Assembly (NCBI GenBank): GCA_965603825.1
Contig: CBFDEM010000037.1
Coordinates: forward strand, 434,001 to 498,000
From: Blepharisma stoltei ATCC 30299
Lineage: Eukaryota; Protista; Ciliophora
Reading direction: 5' to 3'
DNA: 64,000 bases
A program made the position numbers and the translations under genes. Positions 1 to 13,919 of this stretch are shown here, in pieces (the first letter of the stretch is position 1; the number at the start of each line of letters is the position of its first letter). The notes under the pieces were generated by a model. The model worked only from the letters and a program-made list of their open reading frames with translations. It ran no database searches and was not told the DNA's origin.

Positions 1-425
1 CTTTTTCCTGTAATTCTTTCAGCAAGAATATTATCAGTCGCGTTCAGCTCAATAACTTTATCAATTTTCATACCATTCTCTTCAAGGAACGCATCAAGCT
101 CTTGAGCTTCCAAAGGAGTTCGGGGAAACCCATCAATGACTGCTCCCCTGCTACATTGCGGATCTTTTAATTTTGCTTTAAGTGTGTCAATCGAATCGAT
201 TCCTTCTGATCCAGCATTTTCACGAACATTTGATAAAGGGCCTCTTACAGCTAAATGGCATCAGCAATTTTCCTCACTTAATTTAGATGCTTGAGTCCAT
301 TTCCCTGAGCCTGGTGGGCCAGTAATGATAACTCTTTTTTGGGGCTTGAATGAACACTCAAATCTGCGCTTTACTTCGGCAAAGAGATCGGAATTTGTGA
401 TATCTCTTAAATCTGGTCTAGACAT
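1..425 (-). CDS. Divergent adenylate kinase (AK2-like), 3' end runs off the window
   Basis: ATG at 425. Translation MSRPDLRDI...VIITGPPGSGKWTQASKLSEENC(TGA=W)CHL...CSRGAVIDGFPRT...LAERITGK carries the AK P-loop and DGFPRT motifs. Missed by the ORF track because of the in-frame TGA. Confidence 0.85.
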
Positions 426-616
426 TTATAATTTTATGACCATTAATTTTTGACAATAATTAAATGAGCAACCAACTTAAAGCATCGAAAAATGATCTAA
501 AAAATATCTATAAGACACTTTTGATAAGTTATAACGATTGTATCATTTTACTGCAATGCTAAGAATAAACATTATTAATCGAATTCTATGAACATTAATT
601 ACACTTTACCAATCAT

Positions 617-3600
617 TTACTCAGGATGTTTATTTTCTAAGCTACACTCTGATGCGCTCTGTGATGTTTCCAGATCTCCATCATCAATCAAAAATAATTT
701 AATATCAGCTCTAATCGAAAAAATGGAAACTTCTTTATGGAGTTTGAATTTGAAAAATCCAGGCCTATAATTTTCAATCAAATTTTTAGTGGCTTCACTT
801 ACAGCAATTTTCCCTGATATGCCATTGCTTTCCATTTTATTTGCGATTAATACATCCCTCCCGTATATATCGTATCTTACAATATTAGTCCCAGCTATCC
901 CTCCTATAATATTTCCTGTATGTATGCCAATTCTCATATTTAACTCTGTAAAATGCTGGCAATTAAATTCATTAATAATTTCTACCATTGAAATTGCGAA
1001 ATTAATGAGATTGAAGCACTCTTCTCCTGGATTTCTTCCTTCTTCACCCTTGTATCCCATAGCAACATAGCAGTCTCCAATAGTGTGTACTTTGTATATA
1101 TTAAATTCTACACATCTTCTATCGAACTGACAGAAAAGCTCATATAGCATGTCAAGAACGCTCTCAGGACTTCTGTTTGAAGACCATGCTGTAAAGCCAA
1201 CAATATCGGCATACAAGAGAGTGACATCTTTTAAAAAGTCAGTCTGAGCAATCTCTTCTTTTAAGTTTTTATATACATGTGGAGGCATCATTTGAGTTAG
1301 TAAATTTTCAGTTTTTTCTAATTCTCTATTCGCATAGTCTTTAAAGGCAAAAATAATTCGTAAGTTTTTTTCTTTATAATAATTTATATGGATGGTGATC
1401 AATGTGATGGATAACAAAACTACTATATATGGCAGTTTATTGTTCGTGTCAAGAAACGATATAAATATAATTGAGGGAATAGACTCAGCTAAAATAGAGA
1501 TGATCAAACGCTTGAAAAATAGGGTTGAGCCAAGTGCTAAAAGGAGTATGTTGAAGGTTAAATAAGAAAATTTTATGAATTCATGAGCGTTTGTATCTAG
1601 AATTCAAAAATTTATAGTTGCAAATGTAACACAAATATAAAAAATTTGTAAAATTCATGGGAATGATCAATGCAGATAAATTCATTTTAATGTTACTGCT
1701 ATTGACATAAAAAGAATTGATAAAGCAAATAGCATGACTGAAAAGTATAAACATCCAGTATCAGATTCATCAGTGCTTATAAAATGCCCTATCTTTACTA
1801 AAAACATAATAAAATTGCATAAAGAACTTACAATCAATACACAATAAATGCATATTGAATTATTTTCCATCACTTGACTTCTGAAAAGTTTCTCTTTTTC
1901 TCCTTCTTTGCACTTAAATGAAAAGCATTTAATGGGTTCAATTATATCACTTTCTCTTCTCTCAAATAGTTCAGAAGGATCCAGTAGATCAAAATTTTGG
2001 ATCATCAAAGATCTTTTCTTCGAGTCCATGCTGTATTGTTTTTCCATAAAACTACTTTTTGAGAGAGTTAAACTGATTGCATTTCTAAGAGGAGAGGAAA
2101 CATATAAGCTAGGAGATAATGGAGGAGATCGATTCAGATCTGTTATTTCTTTCTCTTTGACAGTAAAAACGTTTATTAGCCCTTTTCCTTTGGCATCAAC
2201 TTTTTTAAGGCAAAAAGAAAATTCATTTTTATCTTCTATTAAGTTGAAAGAATCTTCAGATATTTGTATTGAATTTATTTCGACGTTAGTTGTTGCCATT
2301 CTACTTGCAGTGTTTACAGTATCCCCAACTAATGAAAACTGAGGCTTATGAAATCCTACCACTCCAGCATGAACAGGCCCGCTGTGCAATCCGATTTTTA
2401 CTTTCAAATGTTCACCGTTTTTTAATTTTATATTTTTAATTGCTTTTAATATACTCATTCCCATTTCAATTCCTCTTCGAACATGACATACTGAGGCTAT
2501 ATTAACATCCAACTCAGTTTCATTATCTTTTATTCCAGCACAAGCCATATAAGTTTTCCCCACCGTCTCGACTTTAGTGACCCCAACAATTTCACATATA
2601 TGGTCAAACTGCCTATAAATATTATCTAAAAGGGCTACTAATTCATTAGCTGTATAAATCTCCACAATTTCATCAAAATTATAAATATCGCAAAACAGCA
2701 CTGAAACGATTCCTTGGTCCTCAGCTATATATCTAACCCCATTTTTTACTCTGTTTTTAACAAACCTAGGCAAAATACAGCTTAAAACTTGTTTAGATTT
2801 TTCTACCTCTGCTTCAACTTTTTTGATTAAAATAAATTTTTCCCTCCTGTTCATCTCGATTTTATATCCTACAATTGCTGAAGAAATCCAAATTGAAAAT
2901 AAAATAATTGTATATTGAGTTCCACTAAAAAATACTGCTAAAGTGCTATTTTCTGAAATCGGAGGTGAGCTAGCCTCGATAAATGATATAGCTGAAGCAG
3001 CAACGCACACTGCAAAGGATAGCATTAATGAGTTAAAATAGTCTGCACAAGCAGCAATAAATAAAATTACAGGTCAACTTATCATAACTTCAACAACATA
3101 AATCCTGCATACGAATGAGCCGATAAAAAGCAGCAAAGCTTCATAATAATTCAGAAACATCATAAATAGCTTTAAACGTGACGCGAAAAAAGGTGTTCAG
3201 GAAAATACCATAAAAATAAAATATATAGGCAAATAAATAACTGAAAAAAGTTTGAATTGTTTGCCTCCGTAATTACTGTATCATACTAAAGAAGACATAA
3301 GAGATAGTATACCAATAAAACGGCAAACAATGAACACCCTATAGCTGAATAAAACTTCATATGATTTTTCTGTTTGGTATCCTATTTCTGCACATTCGGA
3401 TTTAAACCTCAGGGTAAATCTATTGAAATTAAATGCATTAATGTCGCCTTTTTTACTGAAATCGCTACTCTCTTTGTATATTTCACCAAGTTTTCCTATG
3501 TAATTTTCAATCCATGCCTTAGATTCGAAAAATAAATTTAGGATCATTGTAAGTTTAGTAAGAAAAAAAGGGTTACAAATCCGGCATAAGTAAATAGGCA

Positions 3601-6600
3601 CAAAGCAAATTAGTGGTACAAAGAAAATCTGCAAAAATGCTACTGGAGCTGAATTCAGAATATCTAATATTCCATATCTTGGATAATGACTTGACCAAGA
3701 AGTTGCTTCTAGTGTTATAACCATAAGCAAAACAGACACTAATAAAGATAAAATAGTGTATCTCGTATATGAATTTATTTTTGGAATAAAATATAATAGC
3801 ACCGCTCCATATGCATTTAATAGCACCTGTATTGATGACAGCTCTCTATTTTCTGTAAAACCCTTATTATTGATTATTTCTAATGGATTGTTGAATACGA
3901 ATATAATAGATGCACATAATAATGACAATATAATCATAAAAATCAATCTTTTAACTGTGATTAATTTTCTATAAGAAGCCATCGAATAAATTTCTGAAAA
4001 TTTCAGAATTTCAACCCTACTAAAATCTTTATCAAATATGCCAAATATCAATAATGGAATTACAAGACAAATAAGATAGTGAAAGAGCATTAAATCCAAA
4101 TCAATCAAAGGGTCTCCTGCAGTATTTTCAATTCAAGTGTAAAAAAATAGCAAAAATGCAGAAATCAGGCTTCCGAAAAATAAAATAAATATTGCGTTGA
4201 TTATTCTAATATTAAATATTCTCCCTTCAAATAGCAATAAATCTTGAAGCTGAGAAAATTTTCTGATTGATATTTGCGCGGCATTTGATGCTGATTTTCC
4301 TTTTTTCCCATTAATTCCAACACCAATATGTGCTTGCTTTATCATTCCAATATCACTGCTCCCATCACCTATCGCCAGAAAAGTCGGTTTATAAGAAAAA
4401 TTATTTTTCAAAAATTTTGCAACCCGTGATTTATCATTTGGGCTTAGTGAATGAAAGCACACACAATTTGCTGCACATAAAAGTGCTGAAAAATATTTCC
4501 TATTTTCTTCTGTACTGAGACCATAATTAATGCCGCTTGAATCTACAGATAAAATAAAATACACTGAATTGGGGTTAAAATGCATACTCAATGGAGACTC
4601 CATATTCACATTTGCAAATTTGCTCAAAAAAGGATGGATTTTTATTTGATGCTTTAATTGTGTTGGGTTTATATAAAAATCATCGTTCAACGACACTATA
4701 GAACATTCACTTTTAATGAGAGGGGCTAAAGGCTCACTATTGCAATCTTGAGATTCAAAAGACATTACACTTGGAAGATTTGAGTGGCTGGGTTTTGAGC
4801 TTTCTCTATAATGTATGATATATCTTTTTATATGATCGTTTAGTACTGATCTTGCTTCTAGTTCATTATTGACTTCTGTAAGTCGAGCTATGCCCACGTT
4901 TATTTCAACTAATCCGGCACTAACCGCTGTCGAAAGGGTAATTTCTTCATTTTCTCCACTCATCAGTCAGAATTTTATTCCAGCTTTCTTAAATAAATCA
5001 ATAGTGTCTTTTGTGTCATCTGCAATTTTGTCTTCAATTGTTGCAGCTCCCAAATAAGTTAAATCTTTTTCTAGCTCTTCAAATAAATTTTCGATTTTTC
5101 CATCACTATTTACAGGAGAAAGCTTTGCATTTTCATATTTGAAATTAAAATTAGCAATATCATTGCTTGATAGTATTTTATACCCTGCAAAAATTAATCT
5201 TTTACCAATAAGATTATTACAGTAAAGAGTCTCTTCAATGTTTAATTTTTCTTCTTGTGAAAGGCTGAATATATCAAACATTGGCTCTTTTGATCCTTTT
5301 ACATATAATATCATTGTTAATTGAGCAATATCCGAAATAATGATTCTGAACTTATTTGATTTTGAGCCAGAATATTTATAAGCAATAACTCCATATTCGA
5401 TAAAATTTCCATACGCATTTATAACGCATGATTTTTTATTTCTGCTGATCAGACTTATCCCTAAAATCTTGCTTGTTTCAACTAGAATTTTATCGTCACC
5501 AGATATACTTATGCATTTTCCTGAAGAGTAAGGAAAGACTTGATTACAAAGAGCTAAGCACATGACAAAATGATAGGCTTTTGAGTTTTCACTTGATTTT
5601 TTTTCAAGTTTATTTTTCAAATACTTGAATGAAAAAATATTATCACAGCTTAAATCATTATTAATCTCTTGCACAGTGTCTGCTGGGCCAGCTTTTGTAA
5701 GGGGAGAGGTTTCAGATTTGGTATCAGGGGTTAAGAATTTTAAGTTTTCATCTCTTAAATAAATACGGTCCTCGATTATACAAGATGTTACAATAAACTT
5801 ATCTTTTGTTATAGTCCCTGATCTATCAGCTAATATATATTCAATTTGTCCTAAATTGTCTATAGCTTTTTTAGAATTAAATTTAATTTCTTCATTATTT
5901 TTGGTGATTTTTCAGCATTGCAGCCAACGAATTAGAGGTAAAAATATGTAAACCGATAAGGGAATATTTTCATGGAGAATTACAATTAAATATACCAGTA
6001 AATCTCCTGTAGTGTCATTAAAATCTAAGCCAAACCAAAATCTGTTAACAAAAAATGCTGAAATTATCATTAAAAATGATAAAGCAATCATCCAAAAAAT
6101 TCATCCATTCAACCGTTTTTCTAATATTGTTAAACTCCCATAATCGCAAGAAATTGCAGCTGAAGTGAATGAATCTTTTCCTGTATACAAAACAACACCA
6201 AAAATTCAAGAAGTCTCAGTTAGCTGAGATCCTCGAGGAATAAAATTTAATTTAGTTATTTCTGCCAGTTGAGGATTTGCAGCGAGTTTGACAGATCCAT
6301 AAATGTTTTTTTGCTCTGTTTCAGGTACTTTGATTTTCATATTCAGTTTATGGATTTGTGCTGCGGCTTCGTCAACGATTATGGAGTCGAAAAGCAATTG
6401 GGTGTCTTTTATAGACTTTCTTACCTTAATATCTTTACCCCCAGTCACTCCAGTGGAGTCGATACAGCATATGTGCTCCTCTTCTCCTACTGTTAGAATT
6501 AAAATATCGGCAGGACAATATTCTTTATTATTGAGCCAAATTATGTCTCCAACGTTAATATCCTGACTTGCCTTGTAGGCAAAATTATGTCCATTTCATA

Positions 6601-6922
6601 CATAATATAGCTTATTGTTGGATTTTTTATCGTTTTTGTGATTTCTGATGTCTTGATAGGCATTGAAGATAAAGGCAATCAGCAACAAAAAGGGAAAAGG
6701 GAATATCAGAGGCCAGTAAATATTTACATCTGATTGGGAAATAGCCAGAATGAGAGGGTTAATAAGAAAAATACAGTAGGCGTAGTTCCCAAACAGCTCA
6801 ATGACACTTTTAGGAAGGAATGTAAATAAGTTATAGCGAGAAGTAATAATTTCGTTTCTTGGGAACCCTTTATTCTGATTTTCTCCTTGGCCAGTCACTT
6901 GAATTAATCTCAAGTTTACCAT
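617..6922 (-). CDS. P4-ATPase-like/guanylyl cyclase fusion, copy 1 (~2101 aa)
   Basis: All seven minus-strand track fragments from 6922 to 617 are in one frame separated only by TGA; 6306 nt, ends TAA. N-half is flippase-like (ITSRYNLFTFLPK, ADRSGT, ATIEDK, AIGDGSSD). C-half has two class III cyclase domains (KVETVGKTY...QFSLVGDTVNTASRM; YADIVGFT...HTIGDCY). Confidence 0.93.
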
Positions 6923-7115
6923 TTATTCTTTTTATTGATAGCATTTTAGCATATTCCTTACTATTAGAAGCTTGCCAAATAACAAAATACAGATATTTAG
7001 AAAATCAAAGTATTTAGAACATAAGTCCAATTAATTTCAATACAAAAGGGAGATAGCAATTTATATACAAAATCTTCAACTTAATTATCAGCTCTAAATT
7101 AATCAAAATGTTTTA

Positions 7116-10100
7116 TTACTCAATGTCAATTAAAAATGTTTGTATTTTCGTTTTTATTGACGAAATATCGATTGCTTTATAAGAAGAAAACCCAAATAAG
7201 CCAGGAGAATAATTTTCTATTAAGTTCTTTGTTGCTTCACTAACTGATACTCTTCCTGCTAGTCCATTACTTTCTATTTGGTTTGCTATCAATACATCCT
7301 TTCCATAAATATCATATCTGACTATATTGGTCCCAGTAATTCCTCCTATGATATTTCCGGTGTGAATTCCAATTCTCATGTTCAGCCCACTTCCATGCTC
7401 TTGGTTCATAGCATCTATAACCTCAATCATTGAAGAAGCGAATTTAATGATATTTAAGCACTCTTCCCCTGGATTCCTGTCTAAATCTCCTTTAAAGCTC
7501 ATCGCAACATAGCAGTCTCCAATTGTGTGCACTTTATATACATGATTTTCGACACATTTTTTATCAAACTCACTAAAAAGCTCATAAAGCATGCCTACAA
7601 TGCTATCTGGGCTCCTATTAGAAGATCAGGCTGTGAAACCGACAATGTCAGCATATAAGAGTGTCACTTGAGGCAATGAGTCAGTGGTCGTTATCTCTTC
7701 TTTAAGTCGTTTATATACATGTGGAGGCATCATCTGTGTCAGCAAGTTTTCTGTTTTTTCAAGCTCTTTTTTTGCTAGGTCTTTTAATGCGAAGAACACA
7801 CGGAGATCGCTTTCAACTGTATAGCCAATACAGTTGATGACAACAATGAAGCCTCCAAAAGCTATTAAATGCAGGCAAGTGTCCATTGTATGGTCGATAA
7901 TTATAAGGGGAACTACAACTCCTAGCATCATTAAGCTTGTGATAACAAGGTATTTCATAAATAGACCAGAACAGAGAACTATCAATAAAGCATTGTAGAT
8001 TACATATGAAATTTCCACTGAGTCAAGCTCATTGTTCTCAGTAAATCCTTCTATTATTACTGCACAGATGATAAAAAAGCAAGTTTGTTTAATAAACCAA
8101 GGAAAAGCTTTTGACTTATAGCACTTTTTAGTTGAAATGATAATTCCAATGAATATGAAAGATACTATGAAGAGAAATACTGAAGAGATGATATTAGCGT
8201 CATCATTGCCCTCATTCAGTATGATATATACAATCTTAAAAGCTCCTAAAAATGCATTCGAAACAGCTCCTATTAGAAGTCCTGGATATAAAATAGAGAA
8301 TTTGTTTTCTATCATTTGTATCCTTAATAGCATTTCTTTTTTGTTTTCTTTACAGCTGCATGAAATTAGTTTAACTGGATCTATAATTTCTGTATTTTTC
8401 CTCGCAAAAAGCTGTGAAGGGTCATTTATGTCAAGCTGCAGCATGATTATAGATTTTCTATTGACTTCGCTATTTCTTCGAATTTCGCCTGAGCTAACTT
8501 TCTTCCTAGCAAATGTTCGCGAGTGTATGAGTGGCAGCTGAAGTCCTTCTTTAGCTGGAATTTCAACTCCCGTATCATGAATTTTTCTTTCTTTGACTAA
8601 AAGTGTTTCTATTCACCCTTTTCCTTTTGCTTCCACTCTTGTTTGTGTGAAAATTAAGTCTGACTTCGAATCGACCAATGCATAAGTTTCTTCAGATATC
8701 TGTATGATATTTGGCTCTTTAATTGTAGATGCCATTCTACTTGCCGTATTGACTGTATCTCCAACAAGTGAAAACTGAGGCTTATGGAACCCTACAACTC
8801 CTGCAGTTACAGGGCCACTATGAATTCCAATTTTTACTTTTAATGTTTCTCCATTCCATAGCTTTATCTTTTGTATAGACTTTAAAATGCTTATCCCCAT
8901 CTCTATAGCTCTCCTTGCATGTGACACCGACTGAAAATGAGGATCCAACTCTGCTTCGCAATCTTTTATTCCTGCACAAGCCATATATGTTTTCCCTACT
9001 GTTTCTATTTTTACAACTCCGACCATTTCACATAGATGGTCGAACTTTCTATATACATTGTCTAAAAAAGCTGTGAGCTCTTGAGGGGAATAACCTTCAA
9101 TGATGTCTTCAAAGTTATAAATGTCACAGAAAAGCACAGTCACTATTCCTTGGTCGTCAGCGATGTATCTTGCCCCATCTTTAACTCTTTTCCTAACAAA
9201 ATTGGGGAGTACACATTCCAGGACCTGCTTTGACTTTTCAACCTCGATTTCTACTTTTTTGATCAGGATGAATTTATTTCTGTTGTATTTTTCTGTGAAA
9301 TAGCCGATAAAAGCAGAAGTGAGCCATATTGAGAAATAGACTGTAACAAACTCAAAACTATGGAGAATTACTTCAGAGCTGGAAAGGTCGTCAATGAGCG
9401 ATATTTCGATGATAGCAGATGTAGAGACAAAAATGCACATTATAAATGTCAAGATAAGCGAAAATGCTCAGTCATTGCAAAGACCTATAAGGATTAATGG
9501 AGGCCAAGAATAGTATAAAGCATGAAGATAGACTTTAAAAGCAAAAGTAGTTATTAGAAATGCAACACCTTCGTATACATTTAATGCAAAAATAAGCTGC
9601 TTTAAATTTCCTTTGAAGTAAGGCAGCCATGATATAAAAATACATGCAAAGTAGACAAATTTATATATCGTGTAATAAATTTGAAACGATATGCTCCCAA
9701 TATCAGCAGCTCATATATAGAGGTTGAAAATAAAGCAAGAAATGAACTGAATCATGATGAGAATTCTATAACTTTTTATTTTTTCATCAAATTTTTCTGT
9801 TTGGTATTCAGATTCTGTAAGCTCTGAGGCAAATCTTAAAATTCACTTGTTTATTTTGAACATATCATGATGGTTTTTCTTTCTATAGTCTTTGCTTTCC
9901 TTGTAAACTTCATCTAATCTTTCATTAAAATAAGAAACTCTTGTTTGATCTTCATAATATGCTTTACCTTTAAAATTATTTCTTAAAAAGTCAACAAAGC
10001 TTGGGAAGAACAATATGCTATATGTTTTTAAGGCATAGTTAAAGATTGCAGTTATTAGAGTTACAAAAATGATGAGTAAAATTCCCATTGGGGATATATT

Positions 10101-13100
10101 AATCATTTGCAAAATCCCAAATTTTTCAAAAACTATAGTTCAAGAAGTAAGTTCTAAAATTATAATTGCAGAAATAATAAAAAAAACGTAGGCAAGAATT
10201 GTGAATTTGCTATAAGAATAAGATTCGATAATCATGTATAGTAAAAATGAAAAGCACATACATAAATATAAAATTGTTGAGTTTAAATCAAAATTTTCAG
10301 TAAACCCCGAATCATTTCATATTCCTATATTCATTATTATAAAAAAGCATATTAAAGAATATGCCAATGCTTTTGCAAATACATAAAAGAGCTTCTTTGT
10401 TGTTAATAAAAGTCTGTATAGACCTGCTCTATATACTTCTGGATACGTAAAAATGCGATTTTCATCAATATCTACATCAAAAATTCCAATAATAATCAAA
10501 GGAATTCCTGTGATCACTAAATTATACATCGACAACAACCAGGATTCAAAAATACTATTCGCAGCAGTTGACTTTATAAGTGAATAAAAAAAGGCCAAAA
10601 ATGAATAAAATGCAGATTTAAATAAAATCATCATCACTATATTGCTGGTTCTAACATAATTCCAGTGCCCTTCTATTAAAACTAAATTTTTCAGTAGAGA
10701 AAATTTCTTTATAGCATAATGTCCAGAATTTAGCGAGCAAAGGCCTTTTGATCCAGTTATTTCAACTCCAACATGTGCTGAATTTATCATCCCAGCATCA
10801 CTTGAGCTATCTCCAATCGCTAGGAATATTGGCTTATATGAAAAATTGTATCTAAGTAAGCTTGCAATTCTTGTTTTATCATTGGGCTTGAGTGAATGAA
10901 AGCAAACACTATGTGCTGCACAAAGAAGAGAGCAGAATATTTTTCTGTTTTCTTCTGAGCTAAGTGCATAATCAATTCCATTACTATCAATTGATAGCAC
11001 GAAGTAAACTGAATCAGGGTTAAAACTCATCTTTAGAGGTGATGAAATACTGAATGATGCTATTTGTGTCAAAAATGGATGGAATTTTTTAGTTTTCATG
11101 TACTCTTGAGACCTTCTCCTTCCATATTGAAAAAATGATTGAGGACTTTCATCTCCATCAAGCAAAACTGGGTCAGTTTTGGAATTAGGCATTTTCTTAA
11201 TGTCACAATTTAAAAATGTTCCAGAAACAGCGATTTGGTTGCTTATGGCTGTTTTCTCAGTGTTGCAATGGAGAATATGATTTTTCACATGATTAATCAT
11301 ATCAATAGCGCAGTCTAGCTGAGAATTATATCCTCCAATTCTTGCTATATTGGATTCAATTTCAAAAATTTCTGCAGCCACTGCTGTTGTTAAAGTGATT
11401 TCTTCATCTTCTCCACTCATCAGCCAAAACTTTATACCTCCTTCAGACAATAATGAAATTGCGTTTTTCGTGCCATTTGAGATTTGATCTTCAATAGTCA
11501 CACATCCTAGATAGCTTATTCCTTGTTCCAATTCTTCAAGAATGTGCTCAATTCTTCCATCTCGATTAATTGGGGATAATTTCGCATTATTATAAGCAAA
11601 ATTAAAAGAGTCCATTTCATCCTTTGCAAGTTTTTTATATCCCATAAAAATATGCCTTTTTCCCCATTGGTTATAATTAAACAGATTTTCTTCAACATTA
11701 AGTTTTTCTTCATCAGTCAAATTATAAATATCAAACATTTTGCTTTTGGGCCCTTTCACATAAAGAATAGCTTCCCCTGTTTTATGGCTCCCTACAATAA
11801 TTCTGTATTTTCTTGAATCACCTGTATAATGATGAAATGCTATTATAGGGAACTCTATAATATTTCCTAATATATCAACTAGGCAAGTATCATGGGCTTT
11901 AGATAGCAATGAGACCCCTAAATCTTTACTGGTATCCATTAAAATTCGGTCATCAGCACTCATATATATCATTTTTTCAGTTGATTTAGGAAAGACTTGG
12001 TTGCAAATGGCCATACACATTACAAAGTTATATACTGGGCTTTCATCGTTGATCCCTTTTATGAAGTCATTTTTTAAAGATTTGAATGATAGTTTTTCGT
12101 TTGTAGGGTTTATGCATGTAATTTCATTATTTTTATCTTGCTCTTTAGGAGTGCAGGTTTCTGGAATTTCAGTTTGTATAGTATCAGTTCACTCATAAAC
12201 TGTTTCTCCTATGCAGCAAGCAGTGATCTTCAGCTTATTTTTACTAATTGTTCCAGCTCTATCAGCTAAAATAATTTCCACTTGTCCTAAGTCTTCACTC
12301 GCTTTAGAAGAACGAACACAAATCCCTTCATATTTTTTAGAAATTTTCCAGCTTTGGAAAAATCGGATAACTGGTAGTGTTACATAAAGCATCACAGGAA
12401 TATGCTTACGGTCAAGGATAAGTAAATTAAGAAAAAGACTCATATATGTATCATCATAGTCTAATCCATAGCTATAGATACTTACAAAAAATCCAGACAA
12501 TACCATTCCAAATAGCAAGAGAGTCATTCAAAAAACTCACCTGTTGAGTTTCTTTTCTAGAGTTGATAATTTTTTAGGTTTACAAGACAGGCCTCCAATA
12601 GTTGATGCTTCAGTCCCTGTGTAAACTACAACCCCAAAAATTCATGAGGTTTCTATTAGCTGAGATCCCAATTGTATCAAATTATATATATCAATTTCAG
12701 TTTGATTTGGGCATGTGCTAAGCTTGATCGATCCATAGAACTCTCCTTGGGAAGATTCTGGGACTTTTATTTTTGCATTAAGTTTTGGAATTTGTGCTGC
12801 TATCTCTTCAATGTCGAGCTTTGTCATTCGCTTGCTTTCATCAATATCATTTGTATCGAAATTTAATTGAGTTTCTCTGACTGGCTTTTTAATTATGATA
12901 TCAGTGCCTCCAATAGCTTTTGTTGCGTCAATATAACAGATTTTATCATTTTCACTGACATAAAGCACAAGAATGTCAGCAGGTGCTATTTCATTTATTT
13001 TTAGTAAAATAATGTCGCCAACTTCAATGTCTTCGAGCTTTTTATTAGAAAATTTATATCCGTCTCATATATCATATTCTTTATTATTTGTAGCTGAGTC

Positions 13101-13427
13101 ATTCCTATGATGTTTTATATCTTGAATAGCATCAAAAATAAAAGTTGTAAACAATAGTAGGAGAAATGGTATCATAAACATCCAGCTGAAGCTTGAGTAT
13201 GGATCAAGGAATATCTGAGCTATAGGGTCAATTAAAAAAATATAATATGCGTAACTTCTGAATTGGTCTCTGATGTTTAAGGGGATAAAATTTAAAAGTG
13301 TATATCGTGATGTTACAATTTTATTCTTTGCATACCCTTTCATGGAGATTGAATTGCTTCCTTGTATGTGAATATACCTTCACCTCTCTTCTTTTTTTTC
13401 TAAGGATGATATTGGCTTAAAAGACAT
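7116..13427 (-). CDS. P4-ATPase-like/guanylyl cyclase fusion, copy 2 (~2103 aa)
   Basis: ATG at 13427 (MSFKPISSLEKKER-W-RYIHIQG). Single frame with TGA=W to TAA at 7116; 6312 nt. Motifs ADRAGT, MSGED, AIGDSSSD, KIETVGKTY, QFSLVGDTVNTASRM, YADIVGFT, HTIGDCY. Confidence 0.93.
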
Positions 13428-13919
13428 TATTTTAATCTTCAATAATTTTATATAAAACTCAAAAAAAGAAATTAGCCATTCTGCTCTAATTTTAACATTT
13501 ACTTTCAATAGAAAATGCCTTTGAATTTCGAGGTAACACATTTAAATCCAAAACTATGCTCCCTATACCATGAAAATCAACCCCTGCGAGAACAAATATG
13601 AAAAACATTTTCTTCATAATAAGATTAAGATTAAAATCAAGTTAAATAACTCAATCGATCTTATATGTAAGAATTTTCTGGAAAAGCGGTTACAGATTTT
13701 CTTCTAAAACAATTATTAAAGATGCAAACAAGTTTTAATCGAGATATTACTACAGTGCGAAAGAAGCTATTTGCAAGAATTTTAAACAAAATTTATTAAG
13801 AAATGATTTGGCCATATTCAAAAATAAGAGTGAAAATATATTTATTGCTTTAGGGGTATAAATTTACTAATAAGTATTTTTAAATGTATAATTATTTAAA
13901 ATAAGCAATTGTCATTATC

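Noticed and set aside
13428-13919. ~45-codon + strand ORF (MKINPCENK...) between cyclase copies 2 and 3
   Set aside because: Short, AT-rich and without recognisable motif; cannot be supported.
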